A stretch of 64,000 nucleotides of DNA, from NCBI GenBank assembly GCA_025558095.1, contig JAIVFI010000001.1:558001-622000 (forward strand). The letters are read 5' to 3'. A model generated the notes under the pieces. It was not told the origin of the DNA, did no database searches, and worked only from the letters and a program-made list of their open reading frames with translations. This DNA is from Hyaloraphidium curvatum SAG 235-1 (Eukaryota > Fungi > Monoblepharomycota). Every line of letters starts with the position of its first letter. Position 1 is the first letter of the stretch. The translations under genes and the position numbers were made by a program. Positions 35,047 to 45,390 of this stretch are shown here, piece after piece.

Positions 35047-37443
35047 TCAGACAGACACGTCTACGGTACATTGCTCCAAAGACTCTATGCCTCCAATCCT
35101 GCAGTCGACCGTCGTCAGAACGAGGTATTCGTTCCCGTACGTATGCTGCAGCGTCGATGTCACGGCCAGCTCCTGCTCAGGCTGGCCTCGGACCGAGGCT
35201 TTGATGCTGGCCTTGTACGGCAGCGGCACGACGACCGCAAAGGCCACCACTGATCGCCCCCTGAAAGTCACCGACATGGTGCTCTCGGTCAACTCGGCTC
35301 GCACGATCGCCGCGGCCCCGTTGTACTTGCTCGTCATCCCCAGCGGCGCCACGCTCACGCGGTGCACGGGAAACAGCGGCGCAAAGGTGATCACGTCGAA
35401 CTCCTGCGGCGAGAGGAAGCCGTCGACGGGTGGGGCAATGACGGCCGAGCCCGTCAGGAAGGAGTAGGCGATGTGGCGCACCGGGTCGGGCATGCGCGAG
35501 CGGTAACGCCATCCCAGCGCGCTCTGGACCTCAGCGAGGGACGTGCGGGCCATCACCGAGACGTTGGACCCGAGCGCCTTGAGATTGAACATGCCGACGG
35601 TCCAGCATACCGCCTTGCCGGATCCGCCGGGGAAGCGCAGCTGGAAGTCGGTCGCGTTGCCGACTTTGAGCGCCGAGTTGACGTCCGGTGTCCTCGGGTC
35701 CTCGAAGATGTCGCCGACGGGGCATGCGGGCCACGCCGGACGGAGCACGCGGGTGCCGGCTTTCGAGCCAATCACGAGCGGCCGCACGACCTCAGCGACG
35801 GTGCATTCTGGAGGGTCCGCGAGGTACACGGGCCCGTTGTGCAACGCGCGGAGCGCGGCGTGGAACGCCGCGTAGGGCCTGTCCGTGCGGAGCTCGTCGA
35901 AATCCGCGACGATCCCCGCCGAAGGCTTTCCGAGGATGAGCGAAAGGTTGGCCGAATACAGGACGTTCATAATGTTGGCATAGGCGTGCGTCGGATGAGA
36001 CAGCGGGTCGTCCGGGAAGTAGTCGTCCGAGTTCCGAACGAGCCGCAACGCAGCCTGCTGCTGTTCCGAAGACCGATTCGAGAGGCTCCGGGCGTAGATA
36101 AGCGGGCTCTGCGCCATGCAGTAGATGACATCGGTGCGCTGGGTAGAGCCGGCAAGGGCGTCGAGGTAGATCCGCCAGAGGTCCGGATCGGTCGAAAGCA
36201 CCAACTCCATGCTCGCCTGGTTGTCGATTTTGAAGAAATCGATCCCCTGAGATCCCAGGTAGGCGTGCAGGTCGCGGAGGAAGGCAGCCACGTCGGCGGG
36301 GGAGGTCGGCAAGTATGCCTTGTCGCCGACGCGCCGGATGCTGGGGTACTTGGCGCGGAACGTCTCGGGGTCGAGGCCGTTCCAGTAGCCCTGCAACGTG
36401 TGCCAGATGCCGACGCGTTCGACCCCCAGGGCCTTCAAATCCCCAACGAGGCCCTTCAGTCCGTCGGGAAATTTGGTCCGGTCGGGTTCGAATGCCGCCA
36501 GCCGGGCATCTTCCGAAAGCTGCTCGTATCCGTCGTCCACAATGACGTAGCCGACCTGCAGGTTCAGCCTCGACACAACGTCGTCCACCGCCTTTGTGAC
36601 CCCTTCTGCCGTGACGTCCTGGTAGAAGGCGTTCCACGAGCACCATCCGAGGCGATCGAGCCAATGGTGACTGCCGCCAGAAGCCGAAGGAGGCGACGTC
36701 GGCTTCTCGGTTTCGACCACAGCCGGTGGCTTCGGGCCCGCAAGCCGGGCCAGAACCTGCTCGAGCCCCTTGACTGCCCGAAAGCAGGCTTCTTGCGGGG
36801 AGCGAGAGGTCACGAACAGATAGAAGCGAGAGAAGATCGGCTTGTCCGCCGGAAACGTGCTTGTCTTGGCGCAATCCAGGCCCAGAAGAAGGTCTTTGCC
36901 GTCCTTAGAAGGTCCTTGCTGGACGAAAGACAACATCGTATTGTCCACGGCCATGGGAATCAAGACGACCGTGACGCGTTCGGCCTCGCGTTCGGGAGAT
37001 GTTTCGAAAACAAGGAAGGAGCAGTGTCTGGCGTCCTCGGCCGTGGTGGTGGGCTCCATCCACCACAGGCTCTTGCGAACCAAGGCCAAATGCCGCGATG
37101 CGGCCCCTCGTGCCGCCAAAATAACCTTGCTCGTGGCCGCAAAGGGCAGTTCGCAGACGCCCGCGAGGAGGCCGCCCGCATCTTCCCCGTCACGTCGGAA
37201 GCACGAATCCAGGTTCACATCGCCCTTCGCTACGCGCAGATAAGCATCAAGGCTTGGCGGCTTGGCGGCGACCGCGCCATTCCCCTTTTCAATGCAGATC
37301 CGCTCGTGTGACTCGAGCGCCACCGAGGTCGGGCGAGCCCAGTGCCGCCGCAGGAAGATGCGACCCCGCCAGACCAAAGCGATAAGGGAAAGGACCACCA
37401 GGAGAATGCATTCCCCCACCGAGGGCCATGATGAGCCCAGCAT
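35047..37443 (-). CDS. GH36 raffinose synthase/Sip1-like alpha-galactosidase with N-terminal TM anchor, intronless
   Basis: GWCSWNAFY, IVDDGY, WHTLQGYWNG, FFKIDNQ (nucleophile), RNSDDYFP (acid/base), HAALRAL..GPVYLAD. Confidence 0.92.
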   Translation of the reverse strand: MLGSSWPSVGECILLVVLSLIALVWRGRIFLRRHWARPTSVALESHERICIEKGNGAVAAKPPSLDAYLRVAKGDVNLDSCFRRDGEDAGGLLAGVCELPFAATSKVILAARGAASRHLALVRKSLWWMEPTTTAEDARHCSFLVFETSPEREAERVTVVLIPMAVDNTMLSFVQQGPSKDGKDLLLGLDCAKTSTFPADKPIFSRFYLFVTSRSPQEACFRAVKGLEQVLARLAGPKPPAVVETEKPTSPPSASGGSHHWLDRLGWCSWNAFYQDVTAEGVTKAVDDVVSRLNLQVGYVIVDDGYEQLSEDARLAAFEPDRTKFPDGLKGLVGDLKALGVERVGIWHTLQGYWNGLDPETFRAKYPSIRRVGDKAYLPTSPADVAAFLRDLHAYLGSQGIDFFKIDNQASMELVLSTDPDLWRIYLDALAGSTQRTDVIYCMAQSPLIYARSLSNRSSEQQQAALRLVRNSDDYFPDDPLSHPTHAYANIMNVLYSANLSLILGKPSAGIVADFDELRTDRPYAAFHAALRALHNGPVYLADPPECTVAEVVRPLVIGSKAGTRVLRPAWPACPVGDIFEDPRTPDVNSALKVGNATDFQLRFPGGSGKAVCWTVGMFNLKALGSNVSVMARTSLAEVQSALGWRYRSRMPDPVRHIAYSFLTGSAVIAPPVDGFLSPQEFDVITFAPLFPVHRVSVAPLGMTSKYNGAAAIVRAELTESTMSVTFRGRSVVAFAVVVPLPYKASIKASVRGQPEQELAVTSTLQHTYGNEYLVLTTVDCRIGGIESLEQCTVDVSV

Positions 37444-37578
37444 CGCGGCAAGACGCGTCCAGATAGTGAACAGCAGCTAGAAAAGATGGCGTCTCAGAGT
37501 CGTCACCTGCTCGAGCCCGCTGCGGCGCGTTCCTATCTTCTCCTGGTTTGCTTTGGGAGCAGAGGGACAGTGGTCGCG

Positions 37579-38655
37579 ATGAGCACCGATCCGGTGCTGC
37601 TGGCCGCCTGGATCCGCGCCCTCCTCGGTGACCCTCCTTCCGGATCGGACGCGCCTGACTCGGCACCGGCATGTCGTGCCTCGCTGGCCGAGCTTGCGAA
37701 GCACATCGACTCGCTGCGGGAATCTTTGGAGGCGCTGGCCACCCCGCCGGACGCGTCCTTGGCGGAGCTCTCGCGCCGCTTGCTGGACCTCGCGTCGGAA
37801 CGGGCACGCACTGCGAAGCAGGCGGCGGATTCCGTGAGGTTGAGGGCCGTGAACGGTGGTCAGGCCGTGCCGGAAGCCGGGTGGAAGGAGGCCGAGGCAC
37901 TTTCGGACGCCGTGAGCCAGGCGGAGCTCGCTTTTCGCGCCTCGTATGATTCGGAGGAGGCGCTCTATGAGATCACCGAGTTTTCCTTCCCTCTGCCTGA
38001 TTCAAAGGATCCCAGACCGGACGTGCCCGCGATAAAGCTGAAGCTGCGGATGCTGAGGAACCCGACGGCGACTTACGGCCTCTCGCAGTGGGGCGCCGGC
38101 CTCCAATTGGCGAATCTGTTGTGCACGCGCCGTATCGAGCTCCGCTCGCCCGTGGTCGAGCTTGGCTGCGGCTCGGGCACATCTGGTTTGGTAGCGGCCT
38201 CACTTCTTCGGCATCCCGGAGCCGTCACCCTGACGGACGCGAACCGGATCGTCGTCGCCAACGTCGCCCGGAACATTGACCTCAACGGGCTCTCGGACTT
38301 CGCGGAGGCCGCGAGATACGACTGGTCATCTGCGCCTCCGCCCGGCGTGGCGAATGCTCTAACCGTCATCGCGGCCGACGTCGCCTACGACCTCGAGTGC
38401 GGCGCCGCGCTGCCGACGGCCGTTCGCGCGGTGCTCCGCCGGGACCCGCGAGCGAGGTTCCACGTCGTGCTGCCGAGGCGTTTGGGTTTCGAGACCCCGC
38501 TGGCGGTGTTCACCCGCGGGATGGACGGCATGATTGCGGAATGGGCCGAGCTCGGGTCGATCGAGGGGTGGGACGAAGGCGGGTGGAGCGACGGGTTCGT
38601 GTGGGGCACGTTCCGCTGGTCGGAAACCGACCTTGCTTTGTCCTCGAGGATCTAA
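37579..38655 (+). CDS. class I SAM-dependent protein methyltransferase (family 16, EEF2KMT/METTL21-like)
   Basis: YGLSQWGAG, VVELGCGSG, VTLTD, YDW, IAADVAYD; in-frame upstream ATG at 37486. Confidence 0.88.
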   Translation: MSTDPVLLAAWIRALLGDPPSGSDAPDSAPACRASLAELAKHIDSLRESLEALATPPDASLAELSRRLLDLASERARTAKQAADSVRLRAVNGGQAVPEAGWKEAEALSDAVSQAELAFRASYDSEEALYEITEFSFPLPDSKDPRPDVPAIKLKLRMLRNPTATYGLSQWGAGLQLANLLCTRRIELRSPVVELGCGSGTSGLVAASLLRHPGAVTLTDANRIVVANVARNIDLNGLSDFAEAARYDWSSAPPPGVANALTVIAADVAYDLECGAALPTAVRAVLRRDPRARFHVVLPRRLGFETPLAVFTRGMDGMIAEWAELGSIEGWDEGGWSDGFVWGTFRWSETDLALSSRI

Positions 38656-38989
38656 TTGACAGCTATTTCATCGCTCTCTTCCCTTTCCGCCCGCACCGTT
38701 CCTCCCTGTTGCCGCATGTTTCCGCCATCGCTCGTCCCGCTCGTCGCCTACCAGCCGTACGAGGCGAAAGAAAAGTCATCGTCCGCCACGTCGACCAGGG
38801 TGACCCCCGGGTTTGGCTAGGGAGCGTCCCGAATCGAAATAGATGCATCAATTAGCCGAAGCAGGCTCTGTACAGTCTAGGTCTATCTCTCTATACATGG
38901 CGGAGCGTGGCGGCGAGCGGCGTAGCGGCAGTTCGACGGAGCGACCAAGCATCCCGGCCAAAGATGGCCCGGGTTCATCGATCCGAGAC

Positions 38990-41397
38990 TCAGTTGAGGA
39001 TGAACCCGAGCGCACCCCTGGAATCCCTACCCTCGTCCTCCTCCATCGGCGCCGGCCCCACCTCGGCGACGTCGCCCTCGGAGATGCCCTTGACGCTCAT
39101 CCGCCGCATGAGAGCGACGGAAGCCAGGTCGTCCAGGGTCATGTGGTCCTCCCGCGGGCGCGGGTGCGGCGAAGAGTCCGAGGCGGCGGGGGTGGGCACC
39201 TGCGGCGGCGGGCCGAGGTTGAGGTCGGGGATGTGCGGCAGCGAAGCGAGCCGGGAGGCGCTCGCGTGGAGCGCGGGCGACATGGGCGAGGGGGAGGGGA
39301 ACCGCGGGGTCAGGCGCGGGGACTCGGGCTTGTGCGGGTTGGCGTAGGGGTGGTACGCGTGCCCGGCGTGCCGCCGGGGCACGGGCTGGTGCGCGAACAC
39401 GGGGTCGGGGAGCTGGGGGAGGTTGGGGGAGCGGGACTTTTCCCGGCGCTGCTGGCGCGGCGCGAGGTTGGAGCCCGAGCCGCGGAAGTCCTCCTCGAGC
39501 TGCCCTCCGGCCGGCGACGCGTTCGGGTCGTCCTCCGAAGGGCCGGGGGAGGGCGTGGGATGCGGCAGCGGGAAGTGAGGGTAGGGGAGGGCCATGGCCT
39601 TGGGTCCGAGGGAGGGCACGGGGAGCTGCGGGTACATGGTCGGGCTGAACCCGGCCTGCTGCGGCTGCTGCTGTCCGTAGTACGGCAGCGGCGCGCCGCC
39701 CTGTTGCGACTGCCTCGCGGCCCGCTGGGCCAGACCGTCCGGGTTGGTGGGCCAGGATCCGGCCATGTTCGGCGAGCTCCCGTAGCGCGGCTGCTGCTGC
39801 TGGCCGAAGCGGGTCCCGTCCGAGGAGAAGGAGGTCGGGCCGTAGCTTCCGTAACGCATGCGGTAATCGGCCTCGGGGTCCGCGGAGCTGGGCCTGCCAA
39901 TCTTGACGACGCCGCTGAACTGCGTCACCTGCTTGTGCTGCTGCTGCCCGTAGCCGCGCTTGCCGAAGCTCGATGCGCCGTAGCTCGCGCTGCGCACGAC
40001 GCCCGACGGGACCTGCTGCTGCTGCGGCGGGTAGAACGGCCCCGAGGTGCGACCTCCGCGTTGCTCCTCTTCCTCGGCCTCGATCGCGGCGTCCGACCTC
40101 CGGGTCTGCAGCGCCCCCGAGCGTGCCATGAGCGCCGCCCAGCTCTCCCTCTCCATCGACCCGATCTGGCTCTCCCCCGAACGGCGCCGCCCGCCGTCGC
40201 TGTCGCTCCCGCTCTCGTCGTCCTCGGGCCCCATCTCGGGCTCCTCGCTGGGGTCCGAGTCGTGCGGCTGCACCGGCGACATGGACATGACCTGCCTCGC
40301 GAGCGAGCTCCCGGGCGCGACGCCCTTGTTCCCCCTGCGCGCGGCGGCGCGTGGCGCCGCGGTCCTCCTCGCTCGGGGCGGCTGCGGCGTGCGCCGCGCA
40401 TCGTCCATGCCGAAGGGGAGCTCCTCCCCTTCGGGGTCCTCGTCCTCGTCGTCGGGGTAGTCCTCCTCGTCCTCGTCCGAGTCGTCGTCCGAGGACCGGC
40501 GCCGCCCGCCCTTCTTCTTGGGCCGGCCGGCGCGCTTGCCGCCGCCGCGTCGGACGGCCTTGGGGCCCTCGCCGGTGCCCGTGACGGGGTTGGCACGGGA
40601 CACGGCGCCCTGGCGGACGAGCTCGTCCCACACGCGGCCGACAAAGGTCGAGGTGATGAGCTCGTTGTTGCCCTGCGACTTTTCCAGCACTCGGGACCAG
40701 AGCGTGCGCAGGTCGGCGACGCCCTGGGCTTCGGCCTCGGGGGAGGCCGGGCGGGCGGTGCCGGGGGTGGCGCCGGCGTTCGAGAATGCGAACCGCTTGA
40801 GCGAGCGGCACAGGCGTTCGTGCGAGGGAACGTGGGGAAAGTCCTCGAGGTGCTGGGAAAGGGAAAGGGGGTGAGTGTGCGCGGGACCTGTCAACGCAAG
40901 CCGGACACACTGTCAAAACGGTGGCGCAGTCGAGGAACCGGTACACCTGCGCCCGGCTGATTTTCCAGACGCTTTTGAAGTAGGCCTCGAGGCTGGCCGC
41001 GCGCGCCTTGTAGAGCTTCTGGGTGACGATCTCGTGCGCCGCCATGACCGTCTTGCGGAATCGCTCCTGCTTGCCGTCGGCGTCCATGGGGCCCGAGGAT
41101 GCCGAGGCCAGGGTGTTGACGTGCAGCACGCGCGAGTCCATCAGGCGCTCCTGTGCGTCGAGCGACTCGAGTAGCGATCGGTGGGCTGTTTTCCCAGGGA
41201 GTTGGCGGGGTGGGAGATAGATCGGGTGGATTCGGATGAGCACGTGGGAGACGCGCCACGGCCCTCCCCTCTGGGAACCCACCTGGGTGCAGGTTGGCGA
41301 GCGGCACGGGTGCGGGCTGCTGGTAGTGCACCGGCGCCTCGGCCGGGGGCGGCGAGGCGGTTCGGCCGGGCATGGCCGGGGGTTCTTCAGCAGCCAT
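38990..41397 (-). CDS. putative transcriptional regulator (helical DNA-binding-like domain, AT-hook-like motif, acidic and Q/P-rich regions)
   Basis: 3 exons; FRKTVMAAHEIVTQKLY..SLEAYFKSVWKISRAQVYRFLDCATVL..PSHERLCRSL..LRTLWSRVL; KRAGRPKK; YHPY; LDDLASVA. Confidence 0.75.
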
Positions 41398-43088
41398 GTC
41401 CAGGGCAAAGGGAGGCATGTGTCAGGGACGCCGGCGTCCCGGTCCCCGCGTCGGTGAGAAATGGAGGGCCTTTTCGTGTGCGGAGCAGGCCGCTGCTTGT
41501 CCGCGTCGCAGCCGGGGTGCAGCCAGGAAAGGAACGGTGGAAGCTTGATTTACCGGCGTCCGACCATAACGGCCCGCAGCCGCCAAAGCACGAGCGCTGT
41601 CCGTTTCCTGGGCGAGTGCGGGCAGGCCGCCGAGTGCGCTGCCGTCCGTGCGGGGCTTTGAGAGCCGCGCTGGAGAAAAGGGGGGCGGGCGGAGGGCGGC
41701 GCGAGAAGAGGCTGAATCGAACGGCGCCCGCGGGAGAGTTCTGAGCGCGCCGACGCCGCTGCGGTTGACTGCGCCGCTGTCTCAAGCCGGTTCAGATGCC
41801 GGCAGGCGGCTCGAGGGGGCAGGGGTGAAGGGGGAAGGGGAGGCAACGGATGACGCTTGTCGGGGGCGGACTGGTCGCAATCGAAGCACATGTCGCATGG
41901 AACCGGCCGACCGATCCTGCCAACATCACCCCCTCCTTCTCGCGCAGATAACTTTTATTGCCATTTTGAAGCACATCGCAACGAACCCCGGATATTCCGG
42001 AAGGCCGATTCGTGGAAGAACCTCCTGGGAGAAAAGACGTTGGTTCCGAGGTCTCCCGAACCGCCGCCCTGCCTTGCCAATGCCCGCTCCCGCACGCCGC
42101 CGCCGACCGCAAGCTACGCCCGATGGCGCTCCTAGCTCGCGGGCATCCGATCCCGCACGATGTTGCCCATCCCATTGCCGTGAAACCTATCGACCGAAAC
42201 TTGGGTCCGCGAGTGAACATCCTTCATTTGCCACCGTCGGACGACCGCGGTGACACAATCCACTTTCGGTGGCAACTTATATCGTCCGCGGTGCTTCGTG
42301 CAGTTCGACGGACCAGCTGGATGTTTCATCGCCCGCCCATAAAGTCCTATTGGTCCTGCCTATGCAGGCAAGAAACCCGGTATGGTTTGGAAGGGCCATG
42401 ACGCGGTTCCCGATAGCGGCGCCTGACCGGCAACCCTTACAATTCGGCCATCCGGCGGCCTGCTACATCCACACGTCGCGCGAAGAAGAGTGGGAAACAG
42501 GCCGGCCGGCTGGTGTTCCACCGTCCCACCGGCGTGGCATCCCGCTCCCCAGAATCCGGCCGCGGCCACGGCAGAACCCAATGTTCCGGCGCCGGCCCCG
42601 ATCCGTCATCGTCTCCCAGGCTCATACGGGCATCGAAGAAGCATCCTAGTGCGTTATGAGCGCGATTCTTCTGCCGCCGGTCGCGGCTGTTGCGAGGAGA
42701 TCGCGAGAGACCCTGGGGCGGAGTCCGACATGTGTGGCAAGGGGTGCCATTGCGCAGTGTCCGCTCATTTCGCCCAAGTCGATGTATCGGTCGGATCGGC
42801 GGGATGCCATGTGCTCTGTATTATCGCAAGACCAGAATGGAGTCGGAACGCGACCAGTCCGTCACGCGCACGGGCTGCCCGTCCGCGGCCCGATCTGCTG
42901 CCCAGCCCACCGACGCCGTGCTACCGATCCATCAGACTTGGCCTTGTTCCTCGCTGGTTTCTTGCTTGCAGGGAACAAAGAAACAGCGCAAGCGGAACGC
43001 CGGATCTTCTCCGAATCTGTTGGTCATGCCAGCCCATTCGTTCTCCGACGATCCTCTCCTCACGCAGCGGGCGCTAAATGAGCTCAGG

Positions 43089-43120
43089 ATCGCTCGGAAG
43101 TACAATCGCTCGGAAGTACA
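43089..43120 (+). repeat. perfect 16-bp tandem duplication ATCGCTCGGAAGTACA x2
   Basis: Seen directly at 43089-43104 and 43105-43120. Confidence 0.9.
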
Positions 43121-43273
43121 AAGACAAACTTTCAAAACCTTTATTCAAGCTTCGTCTTCAGAGTCGATCCGCTTGGCTCGGCTGGTGATGCCGCCCGCCG
43201 CCCATCCCACGCCCGCGCCATCCGTAAAGCCCGAGCGGCCAACACGACACCCCGTCTCCCGCACAACGCAGCG

Positions 43274-43282
43274 TAAGGAGGT
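43274..43282 (+). promoter_or_regulatory. Shine-Dalgarno-like sequence TAAGGAGGT (possible bacterial relic)
   Basis: Full complement of the 16S anti-SD, 4 nt before ATG 43287. Confidence 0.6.
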
Positions 43283-43286
43283 CACG

Positions 43287-43679
43287 ATGCCCGCCCCCAC
43301 GACCCCCGGCGGCCTGCACGCCGCCTTCGTCGCCGCCTTCAACGCCGGCGACGTCGCCGGCCTGATGGAGCTCTACGAGCCCGACTCGGCCTTCGTCACC
43401 GCCCCGGGCCAGGTCGCCAAGGGCCTCGACGCGATCCGCGACGCGGTGCTCGGGCTGCTCGCGTACCGCGGCAAGGTGCAGATCAACACCCGCTGGGTGA
43501 CGGTGGTCGGCGACATCGCGCTGCTCCATGGGGAATGGAACCTCCACGGGACGAACCCAGCCGACGGCAGCCCGGCAGTGATCGAGGCGCTGGACACGGA
43601 GGTTGCGCGCCGCGGCGCGGACGGCGCGTGGCGCTTTGTGATTGACGATCCGTTCGGGAACGTTAAGCCTGGGGCGTGA
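43287..43679 (+). CDS. NTF2/SnoaL-like (YybH/DUF4440-type) protein, bacterial type, intronless
   Basis: FVAAFNAGDVAGLMELYEPD..GLDAIR..GDIALL..W..TEVARRGADGAWRFVIDDPFG; in-frame upstream ATG at 43188. Confidence 0.88.
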   Translation: MPAPTTPGGLHAAFVAAFNAGDVAGLMELYEPDSAFVTAPGQVAKGLDAIRDAVLGLLAYRGKVQINTRWVTVVGDIALLHGEWNLHGTNPADGSPAVIEALDTEVARRGADGAWRFVIDDPFGNVKPGA

Positions 43680-43870
43680 GAGTCGTCGCGGGCACCTCGG
43701 AGCAAGTCCTTTCTCCTCCTGTGCGGTTGCAAGCGAGCCGAGCCAGTGAAAGACGTAGTGTGAACTGAGTATGCGGTCCTCTTTTGCCAATCGGTCGTAA
43801 ATTGGATTGGAACGAACACGACGCTGCCCGTCCGCCGCCATACTGGCGCTCCAACCCGTCATCCGATCCT

Positions 43871-44948
43871 TCAGATCTTGGCCTTGTTCCTCGCGGCCCT
43901 CTTGGCTGTGCGAAGCAGTCAGCCGGTCCGAGAAAGGTCCACCCCGGCACGACCGACCCACCAGCGAGCTCCTCCGCCTTCTTGAGGAAGCGCTTGGCCG
44001 GGATGTTCTCGACGAACCTGTTGGCCAGCGCATCCGTGGCCCTGTAGTTGGCCAGGATCCTCTCCTCGCGCAGGGGCGCGTTGATGAGCCTCTTGGCCTC
44101 GAGCATCGACGAGAACTCGTTCTGCTCGAGCTGCTCGTCGAGGTACGCGCGCACGTCCTGGCGGAAGGTGGCGTCCGGGAAGACGCGGTTGACGAAGCCG
44201 AGGGCGTGCAGGTCGTCGGCGGTCATCTTGCGGCCGAGGACGAGGATCTCGTTGGTGACGCGCACGCCGAGGGACTGCTGGAAGGTGATGCCCGCGCCGG
44301 CCTCGGGGACCAGGCCGAGGGAGGAGAAGGGAACCTGCAGGTAGGCGTTCTTGGCGGCGAGGAGGATGTCGGCGTACCCGAGCCAGGCGGCGGCGACGCC
44401 GATCGCGGGGCCGTTGAGGGCGATGATGAAGATCTTGGGGTGCTGCACCGAATCGTCAGCGCCGTCGGACAACGATTCGAGCGAGAGACGACGACCCACG
44501 TCGATCATGGCCCTCTGCGCCTCCAGGATGCCGGTGAACCTCGAGGCGTGCAGCAGCCTCAGGCTCGCGCGGTCCGTCACGTCGCCGGGCGCCTCGCGCG
44601 CGTTTCCGCCGACGTCGGCGCCCGAGGAGAAGAAGCGGCCCTCGCCCGTGAGCACGGTGAAGACCTGGGGCGGCGGGGGGTGCGGGGGACAACCGGTTGG
44701 CGCGGGTTCCGGGGAGAAAAGCAACCAGCGAAACCCACGACGGCGGGGTTCTCGGCAGCCGTCAGCATGGCGTGCGCAATCTCGCTGTACACATCGGCCT
44801 TTGCGGGGTAGCAGGGCGTCAGATGCGCCTTTCGAGGAGCCCGGACGGCACCCACGGTGAGCGAGTTCAGCGTCTTGGCGCGGTTGATTTTGATCTCCGC
44901 CACGGCGCCGGAGAGCGTGAAAGTGATTTCCTTGTAGTTGACGGGCAT
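43871..44948 (-). CDS. ECI1: peroxisomal delta3,delta2-enoyl-CoA isomerase (crotonase fold)
   Basis: FFSSGADV, HPKIFIIALNGPAIG, PFSSLGLVPEAG; C-terminal AKI* (PTS1-like). Confidence 0.9.
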
Positions 44949-45390
44949 CTCGGCGGCGATGGACGGGGTGCGGGTAGTGGGCAGCAGAGAGTGCGGAGGC
45001 AATGAGGCGATCCCGCTCTCGGCGCCATTTCGTGCCGAGTAACCGCCCGGAGGCGCCTGAACACACTCCACGGGCTCGGACCGGCTCGGAAACGTCTCGA
45101 GCTTGCTCGGAGATAGGATCAGATAGACCTGTAGAGAGTAGCGAGCTAGACGGCTGGGATCCGTGGTGGATTGGTAACCTGCTTTCAAACTCAACGATCT
45201 GCAGCATCCGTCATCGTCTCGCAGACCCAAGAAAGCCGCTTGCTAGGTATAATCAGCAATAAAGGCATCTGCTGCAAGGAGAAAAGCTGCCAGAATGGCA
45301 CTGCGACGGGTTACAAAGGCCGATCTTTTGCCGCAGGCGCACGCGCTCGCGGCCGAGTCAACGCGTCGCCGACGAGCCGAACTCCACAAC

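Noticed and set aside
41400-43080. ORFs and scattered TTGCC/GGCAA motifs in the 1.7-kb gap
   Set aside because: No coding bias or domain and no complete RFX X-box; treated as a divergent promoter region.
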